From NCBI GenBank assembly GCA_035549815.1, contig DASZQC010000142.1, positions 1-35,346 on the forward strand: DNA of 35,346 nt. Reading direction: 5' to 3'. The notes beneath the pieces were generated by a model that was not told the DNA's origin, did no database searches, and saw only the letters and a program-made list of their open reading frames with translations. The number at the start of each line of letters is the position of its first letter. Position 1 is the first letter of the stretch. Below are positions 6,831-17,347 of this stretch, piece after piece. Source of the DNA: Dongiaceae bacterium. Lineage in GTDB: Bacteria; Pseudomonadota; Alphaproteobacteria; Dongiales; Dongiaceae. A program made the translations under genes and the position numbers.

Positions 6831-8402
6831 TCACGCGATGCGGCCGCGGCGATTCCGCAGGTGGGAGATGAAGAGAGCCAACAGGGCGAGCGCCATGGCC
6901 AGCGCCATCATCGCCCACGCCTCGTTGATGGCGGAGACCAGCCCGGCGCGCTCCACCAGCGGCCGGGCGAACTCCTGCGTGTCGGCGTCGACCGGACCCA
7001 GCGGCACGCCCTTGAACTTGTCGGTCGGCAACCCGACAAAGGCGGCGGTCGCCGCGTCCCCCGCCAGCAGCCGCGTCACGATTGCATCCACATGCTCCGG
7101 CGCCCGCACCCAGATGATGGTGTCGATGAGGGCGATGCCGATGGCGCCGCCCAGGTTGCGCATCAGGTTGAACAGGCCGCTGGCATTGGGAATGTCCGCG
7201 GGCGCGAGATGGCCGAGCGCCAGCCGCGTGGGCGGCAGCAGGCAGAACATGATGGCGATGCCGCGGATGATTTGCGGCCAGAACATCTGGGCGAAGTCCG
7301 TCTCGAAGGTCTGGAAGTAGCTGAGGCCCAGGCCGATCCCGAACAAGGCGAAGCCGAAGGCGGAGAGCGGCCGCGCGTCGAAGCGCCGCTCCATTTGCAC
7401 CGCGACCGGCGCCGTCAGCAACTGTGCGACGCCGGTCACCAGCATGATTTCGCCGATCTCCAGCGCGCCGCGCAGCCGCACCAGCCCGAGGAATACCGGC
7501 ATCAGATAGACCGAGCCGAACAGGCCGATACCCAGCATGAAGGACAGCCAGCAGCCGAGCGCGAACTTCCGGTCTCGCAAGGCCGATAGAGCGACGAGCG
7601 GCCTCGCCGACCTGGTGACGCGCCAAACAAAGACCGTTCCACTTGCGATGCAGACGAGCAGCAGGCTGAGCGCAAAGCCGGAGAGCCAGCCACGTTGCGG
7701 CGCTTCCTTGAGCAGGATCTCCAGGCTGGCCAGCGCCGCGGCCATCAGCGCCAGCGCGAACCAATCCAGCGTATGTGCTTGCCGCAGATCGGCGCGCTCG
7801 CGCGGCAGCAGGTGCAGGATCGCGGCGATGGCGAGGATACCGGGCACCACGTTGATCAGAAACAGCCAATGCCAGGAAAAGGTATCGGTGATCCAGCCGC
7901 CCACCACGGGTCCGATGGTCGGCGCCAGCACCGCCAGCGCGCCGGCCAGGGTGGTGGCGACCACCTGCCGCCGTTCGGGAAACAGCAGGAAGACGGCGGA
8001 GAAGACCGCCGGAATGAGGACGCCGCCGCAGAATCCCTGCAGCACGCGCCAGGCGATCAACAGGGGAAGCGATCCGCTGGCGGCGCAGCCGACCGAGGCG
8101 ACGATGAAGCCGCCCAGCGCCGCCGCGAACATGCCGCGCAGGCTGAGCAGCCGCGTCAGGAATCCGGTTAAGGGAATGGCGATGATCTCGGCGATCAGGT
8201 AGGCGGTCTGGATCCAGCTCATCTGCGCCGGCTCGATGTCCAGGCCGGCGCGGATGTCGGGCAGCGACGTTGCCACAACCTGGATGTCCAGGATCGCCAT
8301 GAACATGCCGAGGCACATGGCGGCAAAGCCCGCCCACGTCGCCGCCGTCACGCGATCCGGCAAGATGGCGCCGGATGCTTGTCCATCCTGGGATGTGGTC
8401 AT
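6831..8402 (-). CDS. DHA2 (EmrB/QacA) family MFS efflux permease
   Basis: GMFMAILDIQVVATSL, WIQTAYLIAE, RVLQG, APTIGPVVGGWITD..SWHWLFLINV, ASGLFNLMRNLGGAIG. Start uncertain (8402 or 8462). Confidence 0.92.
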   Translation of the reverse strand: MTTSQDGQASGAILPDRVTAATWAGFAAMCLGMFMAILDIQVVATSLPDIRAGLDIEPAQMSWIQTAYLIAEIIAIPLTGFLTRLLSLRGMFAAALGGFIVASVGCAASGSLPLLIAWRVLQGFCGGVLIPAVFSAVFLLFPERRQVVATTLAGALAVLAPTIGPVVGGWITDTFSWHWLFLINVVPGILAIAAILHLLPRERADLRQAHTLDWFALALMAAALASLEILLKEAPQRGWLSGFALSLLLVCIASGTVFVWRVTRSARPLVALSALRDRKFALGCWLSFMLGIGLFGSVYLMPVFLGLVRLRGALEIGEIMLVTGVAQLLTAPVAVQMERRFDARPLSAFGFALFGIGLGLSYFQTFETDFAQMFWPQIIRGIAIMFCLLPPTRLALGHLAPADIPNASGLFNLMRNLGGAIGIALIDTIIWVRAPEHVDAIVTRLLAGDAATAAFVGLPTDKFKGVPLGPVDADTQEFARPLVERAGLVSAINEAWAMMALAMALALLALFISHLRNRRGRIA

Positions 8403-8655
8403 GCGCCTATATAGCGCGCTCGCGTTGATCGTGCCCACGGATACGGTTGTGATCCTGTTCATTGTGGGTCAAACGTTCTTGTGATCGGCTCGTCATGGTC
8501 CCGTCAGGTGTTTTGGCCGACCTAGGGCTGGCAGGATGCTGCGGCGTGTTCACGCCGGCCGCTCAAAGCTTCGTGATTGTCCATACACGCCGCGACGGAG
8601 CGCGGAGACGGCGCGTATATCTGACGCGCCGCTCTTAACTTGATGCGCAGGTTCC

Positions 8656-9729
8656 ATGGTCCAAGCTGCTCTTCGCCTGATTGAAAACGATCCCCCGACG
8701 ATCCTTTCGGTGGCGACGGCGGTGCCGCGTTTCCGCCTGGATCAGGACGAGGTCGCGGCGCTGGCGCCGCGCCTGTTCGATCGCCAGCGCTCGGAGATCG
8801 ACCGGCTGATGCCCGTGTTCGAGAATGCCGGCATCGCCACGCGCTATTCCTGCGTGCCGGTCGATTGGTATCTGGCCCCGCACGGCTGGAGGGAGCGCAA
8901 CGCGCTCTATCTCGACAATGCCGTCGAGCTGCTGAGCGGCGCGGCCACCGAGGCCCTGGCTCGGTCCGGCCGGCGGCCGCGCGACATCGCCGCGGTCGTG
9001 ACGGTCTCCACCACCGGCATCGCCACGCCGAGCCTCGATGCCCTGATCATGAACCGCCTCGGCCTGCCGACCAACATCGTGCGCCTGCCGATCTTCGGCC
9101 TGGGCTGCGCCGGCGGCGTGGTGGGCTTGAGCCACGCGGCCAATCTGGCGCGCACATTGCCGGAAGGCGATGTGCTGTTCCTGGCGGTGGAACTCTGCGC
9201 ATTGACCTTCCGACAGGGCGACATCAGCAAAAGCAATATCATCGCCGCCGCCTTGTTCGGCGACGGCGCCACGGCGATGGTGATCGGCCGGCCCGGCTCG
9301 CCGGGTCTTCGCCTCGGCGCTTCCGGCATGAAGACCTGGCCTGACTCGCTGGATGTGATGGGCTGGCATGTCGAGGATGACGGGCTGGGCGTGTTGTTCT
9401 CGCGCGACATCCCCTCCCTGGTGCGGGAGGATTTGCGGCCGGCGGCGGATGAGTTCCTGTCCGGCTGCGGCCTGTCGCGGCGCGACCTGGCGGGGTTTGT
9501 GTGCCATCCTGGCGGGGTGAAGGTGCTCGACGCGCTGGAGGCCGCCTTCGATCTTGCTCCGGGCTCCATGCAGGCGGCGCGCGACGTGCTGCGCGAATAT
9601 GGCAACATGTCGGCGGTGACGGTGCTGTTTGTTTTGCGCCGGGTGATGCAACAAGGCATCGCCGGGCGACAATTGATGACCGCCCTGGGTCCGGGCTTCA
9701 GCGCGGGGTTTCAAATTCTCGAAGCGTGA
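8656..9729 (+). CDS. Type III polyketide synthase (SrsA/BpsA-like)
   Basis: Catalytic triad Cys (FGLGCAGG), His (CHPGG), Asn (YGNMS); also ALFGDGA and ALGPGF. Confidence 0.93.
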   Translation: MVQAALRLIENDPPTILSVATAVPRFRLDQDEVAALAPRLFDRQRSEIDRLMPVFENAGIATRYSCVPVDWYLAPHGWRERNALYLDNAVELLSGAATEALARSGRRPRDIAAVVTVSTTGIATPSLDALIMNRLGLPTNIVRLPIFGLGCAGGVVGLSHAANLARTLPEGDVLFLAVELCALTFRQGDISKSNIIAAALFGDGATAMVIGRPGSPGLRLGASGMKTWPDSLDVMGWHVEDDGLGVLFSRDIPSLVREDLRPAADEFLSGCGLSRRDLAGFVCHPGGVKVLDALEAAFDLAPGSMQAARDVLREYGNMSAVTVLFVLRRVMQQGIAGRQLMTALGPGFSAGFQILEA

Positions 9730-9796
9730 TGCTAGAGATTCTGGCGCTCACGATTCCGAATCGGATTCGGAGCTGGGGAAGAGACCCTGACATCCT

Positions 9797-10315
9797 GTGG
9801 CTGAGATATCGCCTTCGTTGCTGCTGGCCGGCGCGCTGCTCGTCTATGTGACGCTGGAGCGTCTGTACGAGCTGGTGCTGTCGCGGCGGCACACGCGGGC
9901 ACTGCTGGCGGAAGGCGCTTACGAGGTCGGCCGCGGCCACTATCCCTTCGTGGTCGGGGTGCATGTGTTGTGGCTGGCGGCGCTCTGGGCGCTGCTGCTC
10001 ACCGGCGATGCCGCATTCCAGCCGGTTTTTGCCGTGCTTTACCTGCTGGTCCAGGGGCTGCGCTTCTGGACCATGGCGACACTTGGCGGGCTGTGGACCA
10101 CGCGCATCATCGTCGTGCCGCATGTGCCGTTGGTGAAGTCCGGTCCCTATCGCTTCCTACGCCATCCGAACTACGTCGTCGTGGTGCTGGAGATCGCCTT
10201 GCTGCCGCTGGCGCTGGGCTCCTGGCCCTTGGCGTTCGGGTTTTCCGCGGCAAACGCGCTGGCGCTTTTCCTGCGCATCAAGGCGGAAGAAGCAACGCTC
10301 AGGAAACGGAGCTGA
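9797..10315 (+). CDS. ICMT-family membrane methyltransferase (SrsB/BpsB-like)
   Basis: ERLYEL..GAYEVG..HYP..LGGLWTTRII..LVKSGPYRFLRHPNY; typical partner of this PKS class. Confidence 0.9.
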   Translation: MAEISPSLLLAGALLVYVTLERLYELVLSRRHTRALLAEGAYEVGRGHYPFVVGVHVLWLAALWALLLTGDAAFQPVFAVLYLLVQGLRFWTMATLGGLWTTRIIVVPHVPLVKSGPYRFLRHPNYVVVVLEIALLPLALGSWPLAFGFSAANALALFLRIKAEEATLRKRS

Positions 10316-10409
10316 TCCGACATGCCCCGGCGTGCATGCACTCAAGAATTCTTAACCATGCGAGCGGAAACTGATGCCGATGCGCCGAATGCCAGAGTGA
10401 TACGGAGCC

Positions 10410-11405
10410 ATGTTCTATAGCAGACCGGAATTGCCCCAGTTGGGGCTTGACCTTGCGGAAGTGGATGGCGGCCTGGGCCGGCCGTCGCAATACCGGGGAC
10501 GCACGGTTGACGGGCGTCCTGTTTTTTTGACCTATCACAATGGCCGGCTGTCCGTCGCGACGGAGGATCATCACAAGGGTCTCGGCGAAGAGCTGGTCAG
10601 CGTGCAGATTGGCCCCAGCTTCAACGGCGACATGCTGCTGGAACAGATCTGCGACCTGACCGGCATCACGCTGCGCGGCGCGAAGCCGGAACTGTCGCAA
10701 GAGACCTGGCGCGCCGCCGCGGAGAAGAGCTGGGTGCTGGACTGGTCCGGCAAGACCACCTACTGGATCGCCGACCTGCAGGTGACGGAGGAGGGCGGCC
10801 GGCGTTTGGTCGACGAACTGGCCGGCGCCTTTCCCGACATGCGCCTCCTGGAAGTCTATTGGGATCATCGCGGGGAGGAGCCGCGCCGCCGCTATATCCC
10901 GCGCAGGCACGTCTCGCAATGCACCCGCTCGGCGCTGATCGGCTTCGGCGCCGATGAAACGAAACTGGCGGAGATGTTCGCGCGCGAGCATGTGAAGCTC
11001 GCCGATCTTGACGACGTTTTCGCCCACTATCTCGATTTTCAGTTCGACTGGAACCGCGAAGGCACGCCCAATGCCGGCGAACGGGTCAGCGCGAAATACC
11101 GCCGGGCGCTGTCGACACCGGAGACGCCGCTGACCGGCTGCCTCGAGACCCAGTTCACCACCGACGACCCGCGCGGCAAGGCCTATGCGGAGCGGCTGAT
11201 CCGCACCGTGCAATCCTGCTTCTCCAACTGGGCGGAGGAGATCGATCTGGCGACCGGCGAGACCATCGGCCGCCCGGCCAAGGTCGACTGGTACAGCAAC
11301 GACCTGCGCGAATGGTGCGCCGCTTCGTCCGGCCGGTTCATCACCTGCGGAATCGACCGCAGGGGCCGCGACATCGGCATGCGCGCCTGCAGCGCGCCGG
11401 TCTAG
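10410..11405 (+). CDS. Hypothetical protein (331 aa)
   Basis: GGAG RBS, GC3-rich codon usage, fills the gap between neighbours; no family recognised. Confidence 0.7.
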   Translation: MFYSRPELPQLGLDLAEVDGGLGRPSQYRGRTVDGRPVFLTYHNGRLSVATEDHHKGLGEELVSVQIGPSFNGDMLLEQICDLTGITLRGAKPELSQETWRAAAEKSWVLDWSGKTTYWIADLQVTEEGGRRLVDELAGAFPDMRLLEVYWDHRGEEPRRRYIPRRHVSQCTRSALIGFGADETKLAEMFAREHVKLADLDDVFAHYLDFQFDWNREGTPNAGERVSAKYRRALSTPETPLTGCLETQFTTDDPRGKAYAERLIRTVQSCFSNWAEEIDLATGETIGRPAKVDWYSNDLREWCAASSGRFITCGIDRRGRDIGMRACSAPV

Positions 11406-11410
11406 ACGTG

Positions 11411-11824
11411 CTAAGAGGCGGGATCGACCACCACGGTGCCGACCATGTCGTCATCTTCGTGGTGCGGGCAGAAATACTTGTAGGTTCCAGGAACCGTGAA
11501 GGTCGCGCTATAGACTTCGCCCGCCGGAATGTCCCCGGAATCGAAGGCCACCGCGCCGGCCGGAACTGAAGCGTCCTTAGGATCGGCGGCGGATACCTTG
11601 TTGTCGCTCACCGCGTGGGTGATGAGCGCGGTGTTGCGCCACTGCACCGTCTGGCCGGCGCGGATATGCACCACCTCCGGCTCGAAGCTTGTGAAGCCCA
11701 TGTCGACCACTGCCGCGGCTTGGGCCGAAGGCGCATCATGTGCCGGGCCGGTCAGGCCGCATCCGCCAAGCGCCAAGATCGCCGCCAGCGGCCAGAGCAA
11801 GCCGATGATCCGCGTGGTTCTCAT
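11411..11824 (-). CDS. Cupredoxin (plastocyanin/azurin-like) blue-copper lipoprotein
   Basis: Start reassigned to MRTTRII (GGAGG RBS). Lipobox LGGC; F.PEVVHIRAGQTVQW.N..H; YFCPHHEDDDM type-1 Cu ligands. Confidence 0.88.
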   Translation of the reverse strand: MRTTRIIGLLWPLAAILALGGCGLTGPAHDAPSAQAAAVVDMGFTSFEPEVVHIRAGQTVQWRNTALITHAVSDNKVSAADPKDASVPAGAVAFDSGDIPAGEVYSATFTVPGTYKYFCPHHEDDDMVGTVVVDPAS

Positions 11825-11942
11825 GATCCAGCCTCCGTCGGCAAGGTCTTGTCGCGGATCATGCTTACGAGATCCGACCTGACATGCGCATGACGCCGGA
11901 ACCGCCAAAGGTCACGATGGCGTGAGGCCTTGCGCCAGGACG

Positions 11943-11977
11943 AAAGAAAAACGGCGGGACCGAGCAGTCCCGCCGTT
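11943..11977 (-). terminator. Rho-independent terminator of ald
   Basis: Perfect 11-bp stem AACGGCGGGAC/GTCCCGCCGTT followed by a T-rich tail on the minus strand. Confidence 0.85.
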
Positions 11978-12004
11978 CGCAGGCAAACGGAAATAAGCGC
12001 GGCG

Positions 12005-13123
<1,119 letters not shown>

Positions 13124-13236
13124 TGGAAAGCACTCCCTCTAAAGCTTTGGTCGGCGGGTTTACCCCGCCGACCGTTTCGGTGATGTCAGTGCGGTCCGGC
13201 TCGGAAAACCCTGGGCCGACCCGCGATATGGATGAG

Positions 13237-14604
13237 TTAGTCCAGGCTCTTCAGCACGCCGGCGAGCTTGTCGAAGATCTGGTCGATGTGGCTCTTGGTC
13301 ACGATCAGCGGCGGCGACAGCGCGATGATGTCGCCGGTGGTGCGGATCAGCAGGCCCTGCTCGTACGCCTTCAGGAAGGCGCCGAAAGCGCGCGCCGTCG
13401 GCTTGCCCGGGATCGATTCCAGCTCGATGCCGGCGATCAGGCCCATGTTGCGCAGATCGATGACGTTCTTGATGCCCTTCAGCGAATGCACCGCATCTTC
13501 CCAATATTTGGAGAGGTTGCGGCAATTCTCGAACAGGCCTTCTTCCTTGTAGATGTCGAGCGAGGCGAGCGCCGCAGCGCAAGCCACCGGATGCGCCGAG
13601 TAGGTGTAGCCATGGAACAGCTCGATGGCGTTCTCCGCGGCGTTCTCCATGAAGGCGTCATAGAGATGCTTGCGCGCGAAGACGGCGCCCATCGGCACCG
13701 CGCCGTTGGTCAGGCCCTTGGCGCAGGTGATCATGTCCGGCAGCACGTCAAAATGCTCGGCGCCGAACGGCGAGCCCAGGCGGCCGAAGCCGGTGATGAC
13801 CTCATCGAAAATCAGCAGGATGCCGTGCTTGTCGCAGATCTGGCGGACCTTCTGCAGATAGCCCTTGGGCGGGATCAGCACGCCGGTGGAGCCGGCGACC
13901 GGCTCGACGATGACGGCGGCGATGGTGCTGGCGTCATGCAGCGCGACGATGCGCTCCAACTCGTCGGCCAGATGTGCGCCCCATTCCGGCTGGCCCTTGG
14001 AGAAGGCGTTCTTCTCCAGGTTATGGGTGTGCGGCAGATGGTCGACGCCGTTCAGCAGCGGGCCGAAGAACTTGCGGTTGGCGACGATGCCGCCGACCGA
14101 GATGCCGCCGAAGCCGACGCCGTGATAGCCGCGCTCGCGGCCGATCAGGCGGGTGCGGGCGCCTTGGCCCTTCACGCGATGGTAGGCGAGGGCGATCTTC
14201 AGCGCGGTGTCGACCGATTCGGAACCCGAGTTGGTGAAGAACACGTGGTCCAGGTCGCCCGGCACCAGGTTGGTCAGGCGCGAGGCCAGTTCGAAGGCCG
14301 AAGGATGGCCCATCTGGAAGGCGGGCGCGTAATCCATCTGCGAGATCTGCTTGGCGACGGCCTCGGAAATCTTCTTGCGGCCATGGCCGGCATTGCAGCA
14401 CCACAGGCCCGCGGTGCCGTCCAGCACCTGGCGGCCGTCGTGGGTGGTGTAGTGCATGTCCTGCGCACCGACGAACAGGCGCGGCTTCGACTTGAACTGC
14501 CGGTTCGCGGTGAACGGCATCCAGAAAGCTTCGAGGTTGTTCGGCGTCGGCTCGAAGGCAGTCGGCTGGAACGGCTGCGGAGCCGCCTTGGCGGTAGCGG
14601 ACAT
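13237..14604 (-). CDS. Omega-amino acid (beta-alanine):pyruvate aminotransferase, class III PLP enzyme
   Basis: AFWMPFTANRQFK, DGTAGLWC, NSGSES, GYHGV, FDEVITGFGR, AKGLT, HGYTYS. Start reassigned to MSATAK (14604). Confidence 0.93.
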   Translation of the reverse strand: MSATAKAAPQPFQPTAFEPTPNNLEAFWMPFTANRQFKSKPRLFVGAQDMHYTTHDGRQVLDGTAGLWCCNAGHGRKKISEAVAKQISQMDYAPAFQMGHPSAFELASRLTNLVPGDLDHVFFTNSGSESVDTALKIALAYHRVKGQGARTRLIGRERGYHGVGFGGISVGGIVANRKFFGPLLNGVDHLPHTHNLEKNAFSKGQPEWGAHLADELERIVALHDASTIAAVIVEPVAGSTGVLIPPKGYLQKVRQICDKHGILLIFDEVITGFGRLGSPFGAEHFDVLPDMITCAKGLTNGAVPMGAVFARKHLYDAFMENAAENAIELFHGYTYSAHPVACAAALASLDIYKEEGLFENCRNLSKYWEDAVHSLKGIKNVIDLRNMGLIAGIELESIPGKPTARAFGAFLKAYEQGLLIRTTGDIIALSPPLIVTKSHIDQIFDKLAGVLKSLD

Positions 14605-14661
14605 GGCAATGGTCCTTGGCCAATTGTTGAACGGGTGGGTGGAATGGCGGCACCATATCAA

Positions 14662-14753
14662 TGTTCAACAAATCGAACAAGTGTGGCCGGTTGTTAACAG
14701 TTTGGGGCCAGTTGCGCCTTGATCATGGGTGCAAATGTTCATTATATTGAGCG
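14662..14753. promoter_or_regulatory. Two TGTTC-N8-GA(A/G)C operators, probably bound by the PuuR-like regulator
   Basis: TGTTCaacaaatcGAACA (14662-14679) and TGTTCattatattGAGCG (14736-14753) in the divergent intergenic region. Confidence 0.65.
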
Positions 14754-14784
14754 GGAAAGCTTCCAGAATCGGGGGAATTGAGCA

Positions 14785-15345
14785 GTGGCGGAGGGTTCCG
14801 GCTTTGATCTGGGCGGACGGCTGAAATCCCTGCGCGAGGCGCACGCCTTGTCGCAACGGGAATTGGCCAAGCGCGCCGGCGTCTCCAACGCCATCATCTC
14901 CATGATCGAGCAGAACCGCTCCTCGCCGTCGGTGGGCATGCTGAAAAAGCTGCTGGACGGCTTCCCGATCTCTTTGGCCGAATTCTTCGCCCTGCAAGAA
15001 GCTCCGCGGCCGCAGATTTTTTTTGGCGCGCGCGAACTGGTGGAGCTGGCCGGTGGGCCGGTCTCCTACCGGCAGGTCGGCCGCGACATGACCGGCAAGG
15101 CGATCCAGCTCATGCACGAGCACTACGCGCCGGGCGCGGACACAGGCGAGCAGATGCTGACCCACGATTCGGAAGAGGGCGGCATCATCGTGCGGGGCCG
15201 CCTTGAGGTCACGGTCGGCGACCAGGTGAAAGTGCTCGGCGCCGGCGACGCCTATTACTTCGACAGCCGCATCCCACACCGCTTCCGCAATGTCGGCGAC
15301 GAGGAATGCGAAGTCGTCACCGCCAATTCGCCGCCGAGTTTCTAG
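14785..15345 (+). CDS. XRE-HTH plus cupin regulator (PuuR/PauR-like)
   Basis: LSQRELAKRAGVSNAIISMIEQNRSSPSV HTH; cupin H..EEGG..GDAYYFDSRIPHRFRN. GTG start. Confidence 0.9.
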   Translation: MAEGSGFDLGGRLKSLREAHALSQRELAKRAGVSNAIISMIEQNRSSPSVGMLKKLLDGFPISLAEFFALQEAPRPQIFFGARELVELAGGPVSYRQVGRDMTGKAIQLMHEHYAPGADTGEQMLTHDSEEGGIIVRGRLEVTVGDQVKVLGAGDAYYFDSRIPHRFRNVGDEECEVVTANSPPSF

Positions 15346-15347
15346 GC

Positions 15348-15746
15348 TTGGCCGACTTGAACGCACGTCGTCTGCGCAAGACGATGACGGATGCGGAACA
15401 GGCCCTGTGGCGAAGTCTGCGCGATCGGCAGCTCGATGGATATCGCTTTCGGCGGCAGGTTCCGATCGGTGGCTACATCGTCGACTTCGCGTGCCTCGAT
15501 GTGGGGCTTGTGGTCGAAGTGGATGGTGGTCAACACGCGATCCATGCGGATGGAGACAAGGTCCGTGATGCTTGGTTGGCTAAGGAGGGCTATCGGGTCG
15601 TGCGATTTTGGAACAACGACGTGCTTGGAAATCGTGAAGGCGTATTGCTGAAGATTCGGGATGGATTGAAAACCGCGGAAGCTGCCCGGCAGGGTCACCC
15701 CCATCCCACCCTTCCCCCCTCAAGGGGGAAGGAGCCGACCGAGTAG
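15348..15746 (+). CDS. DUF559 (Vsr-like) endonuclease domain protein
   Basis: ARRLRKTMTDAEQALW..FRRQVPIGGYIVDFAC..VEVDGGQH..RDAWL..RFWNNDV. Start uncertain; TTG at 15348 chosen. Confidence 0.9.
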   Translation: MADLNARRLRKTMTDAEQALWRSLRDRQLDGYRFRRQVPIGGYIVDFACLDVGLVVEVDGGQHAIHADGDKVRDAWLAKEGYRVVRFWNNDVLGNREGVLLKIRDGLKTAEAARQGHPHPTLPPSRGKEPTE

Positions 15747-15839
15747 GTCGTTGGGGCGAGTCTTCCCTGAGAGCACTAACCAAGACGCTCACGCGCTCTG
15801 TTCCCTCCCCCTTGAGGGGGGAGGGTAGGGTGGGGGTGA
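15695..15839. repeat. REP/CIR-like inverted repeat pair (38-39 bp arms, each self-palindromic)
   Basis: 15695-15733 TCACCCCCATCCCACCCTTCCCCCCTCAAGGGGGAAGGA versus the reverse complement of 15802-15839; each arm contains a CCCCC-TCAA/TTGA-GGGGG hairpin. Confidence 0.85.
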
Positions 15840-15885
15840 TGGCGGAGCCACAGAAGCCAAGAACGGATTGGGACACATACAGACT

Positions 15886-16344
15886 ATGATCACCATCGCC
15901 CGCGAATCCCCGCGCCAGGACGACGTTGTCGCGTTGATCCGCCAGTCGGACGCGCTGATGCAGTCGCTTTATCCGGCGGAGAGCAATCACCTGGTCGATG
16001 TCGACGCGCTGGCTGAGCCGGATGTGCATTTCTTCGTCGCGCGCGAGAATGGCCGTGCGCTGGGCTGCGGCGCCTTCGTAATCGCGGGCGGCAAAAGCGC
16101 AGAAATGAAGCGGGTCTTCGTCGATCCGACGGCGCGCGGCAAGGGCGTTGCCCGCCTGATCATGGAAGCGCTGGAGCAAGAAGCGGCGAGGCTCGGCATC
16201 GACCTGATGCAGCTCGAGACCGGCATCAAGCAGCCGGAGGCGATCGCGCTCTATCGCAAGTTCGGCTATGTCGAGCGCGGCCCGTTCGGCAGCTACAAGC
16301 CGGACCCGCTCAGCCTGTTCATGGAAAAGAAGCTGGCCGGCTGA
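15886..16344 (+). CDS. GNAT N-acetyltransferase
   Basis: LYPAESNH, GCGA, EMKRVFVDPTARGKGVA, LETGIKQPEAIALYRKFGY. Confidence 0.9.
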   Translation: MITIARESPRQDDVVALIRQSDALMQSLYPAESNHLVDVDALAEPDVHFFVARENGRALGCGAFVIAGGKSAEMKRVFVDPTARGKGVARLIMEALEQEAARLGIDLMQLETGIKQPEAIALYRKFGYVERGPFGSYKPDPLSLFMEKKLAG

Positions 16345-16360
16345 ACGCTTTGCGCGATGA

Positions 16361-17161
16361 TCAGGCCGCCTGCACCGGCGCGATGGCCGGCGGCAGCATG
16401 ATTTGCACGCCGGCGCGGTTGAGTGCGGCGGCGAGGTCGCCCTGCGGCATCTGGTCGGTGACCAGCACGTTGAGGTCGCGCAACGCCCCCGCCACGGCGA
16501 GGCTCGGCTGATCGAACTTGGTATGGTCGAGCAGCGCCACGCGCCGCCGCGCCCGCGCCAGGATCGCGCGCTTCACGATCGCCATGCCGGTCAGCGTCTC
16601 GTTCAGACCGTCGGCGGTAATGCCGCTGGAGCCGACGAAGGCGAGATTGGCGTTGAACTGCTCGAGGAACGCCACCGTCTCCGGGCCCAGCACCGTGCCC
16701 TCGCGCGCGTTCAGCGTCCCGGGGCACAGAATGACGGTGATGGAAGGATTCTGCGCCAGGGCAATGGCGATGTTCGGGCTCGGCGTCACCACGGTCAGAT
16801 CCTTGCCGGTGACGACCAGTTGCTGCGCGAGATGCAGCATGGTGGAGCCGGATTCCAGCATCAGCACGTCGCCGGGCGAGGCGAGGCCGACCGCAACCTT
16901 CGCCATCTGCTGGCGCTCCTCGCGCATCAGATTGTGGCGCTCGTTCCAGTTCGGCTCGGCACCGAAGGGGCGGGCGACGGCGCCGCCATAGGTGCGGTTG
17001 ACCGCACCCGCTTCGCCCAGCTCGGCGAGGTCGCGGCGGATGGTCTCGCCGGAAACGCCCAGTTCCTTGGCCAGTTCCGAGATGCGGATGGCGGTGTTGG
17101 CGCGCAGCTCTTGCAGGATGCGCTGCTGCCGGTCGGTCTTCTTGGTGGTGCGTCGCCTCAT
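16361..17161 (-). CDS. DeoR/GlpR-family regulator
   Basis: ISELAKELGVSGETIRRDLAEL..RTYGGA; ESGST; DHTKF. Confidence 0.93.
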   Translation of the reverse strand: MRRRTTKKTDRQQRILQELRANTAIRISELAKELGVSGETIRRDLAELGEAGAVNRTYGGAVARPFGAEPNWNERHNLMREERQQMAKVAVGLASPGDVLMLESGSTMLHLAQQLVVTGKDLTVVTPSPNIAIALAQNPSITVILCPGTLNAREGTVLGPETVAFLEQFNANLAFVGSSGITADGLNETLTGMAIVKRAILARARRRVALLDHTKFDQPSLAVAGALRDLNVLVTDQMPQGDLAAALNRAGVQIMLPPAIAPVQAA

Positions 17162-17347
17162 TCTCTCATTCCCCGGCGATCGGCCGCCGCGAATGCCAGG
17201 CCTTCTCGAACATCAGGCCTTCGCGACGCGAATCGTCCCCACTGATCATGACGCCATGGCTAGCATGGCGAGCCGACCCTTGACGAGCCTGCGTCCGCCC
17301 GATCGTTGGAGCCGGCGCGTCAGGTGCATGCGATTGCACGCCGCCCA

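Noticed and set aside
2612-8337. Long ORFs 2612-4372(-), 3727-4992(+) and 6751-8337(-)
   Set aside because: They overlap well-supported kinase and MFS genes in other frames or on the other strand.
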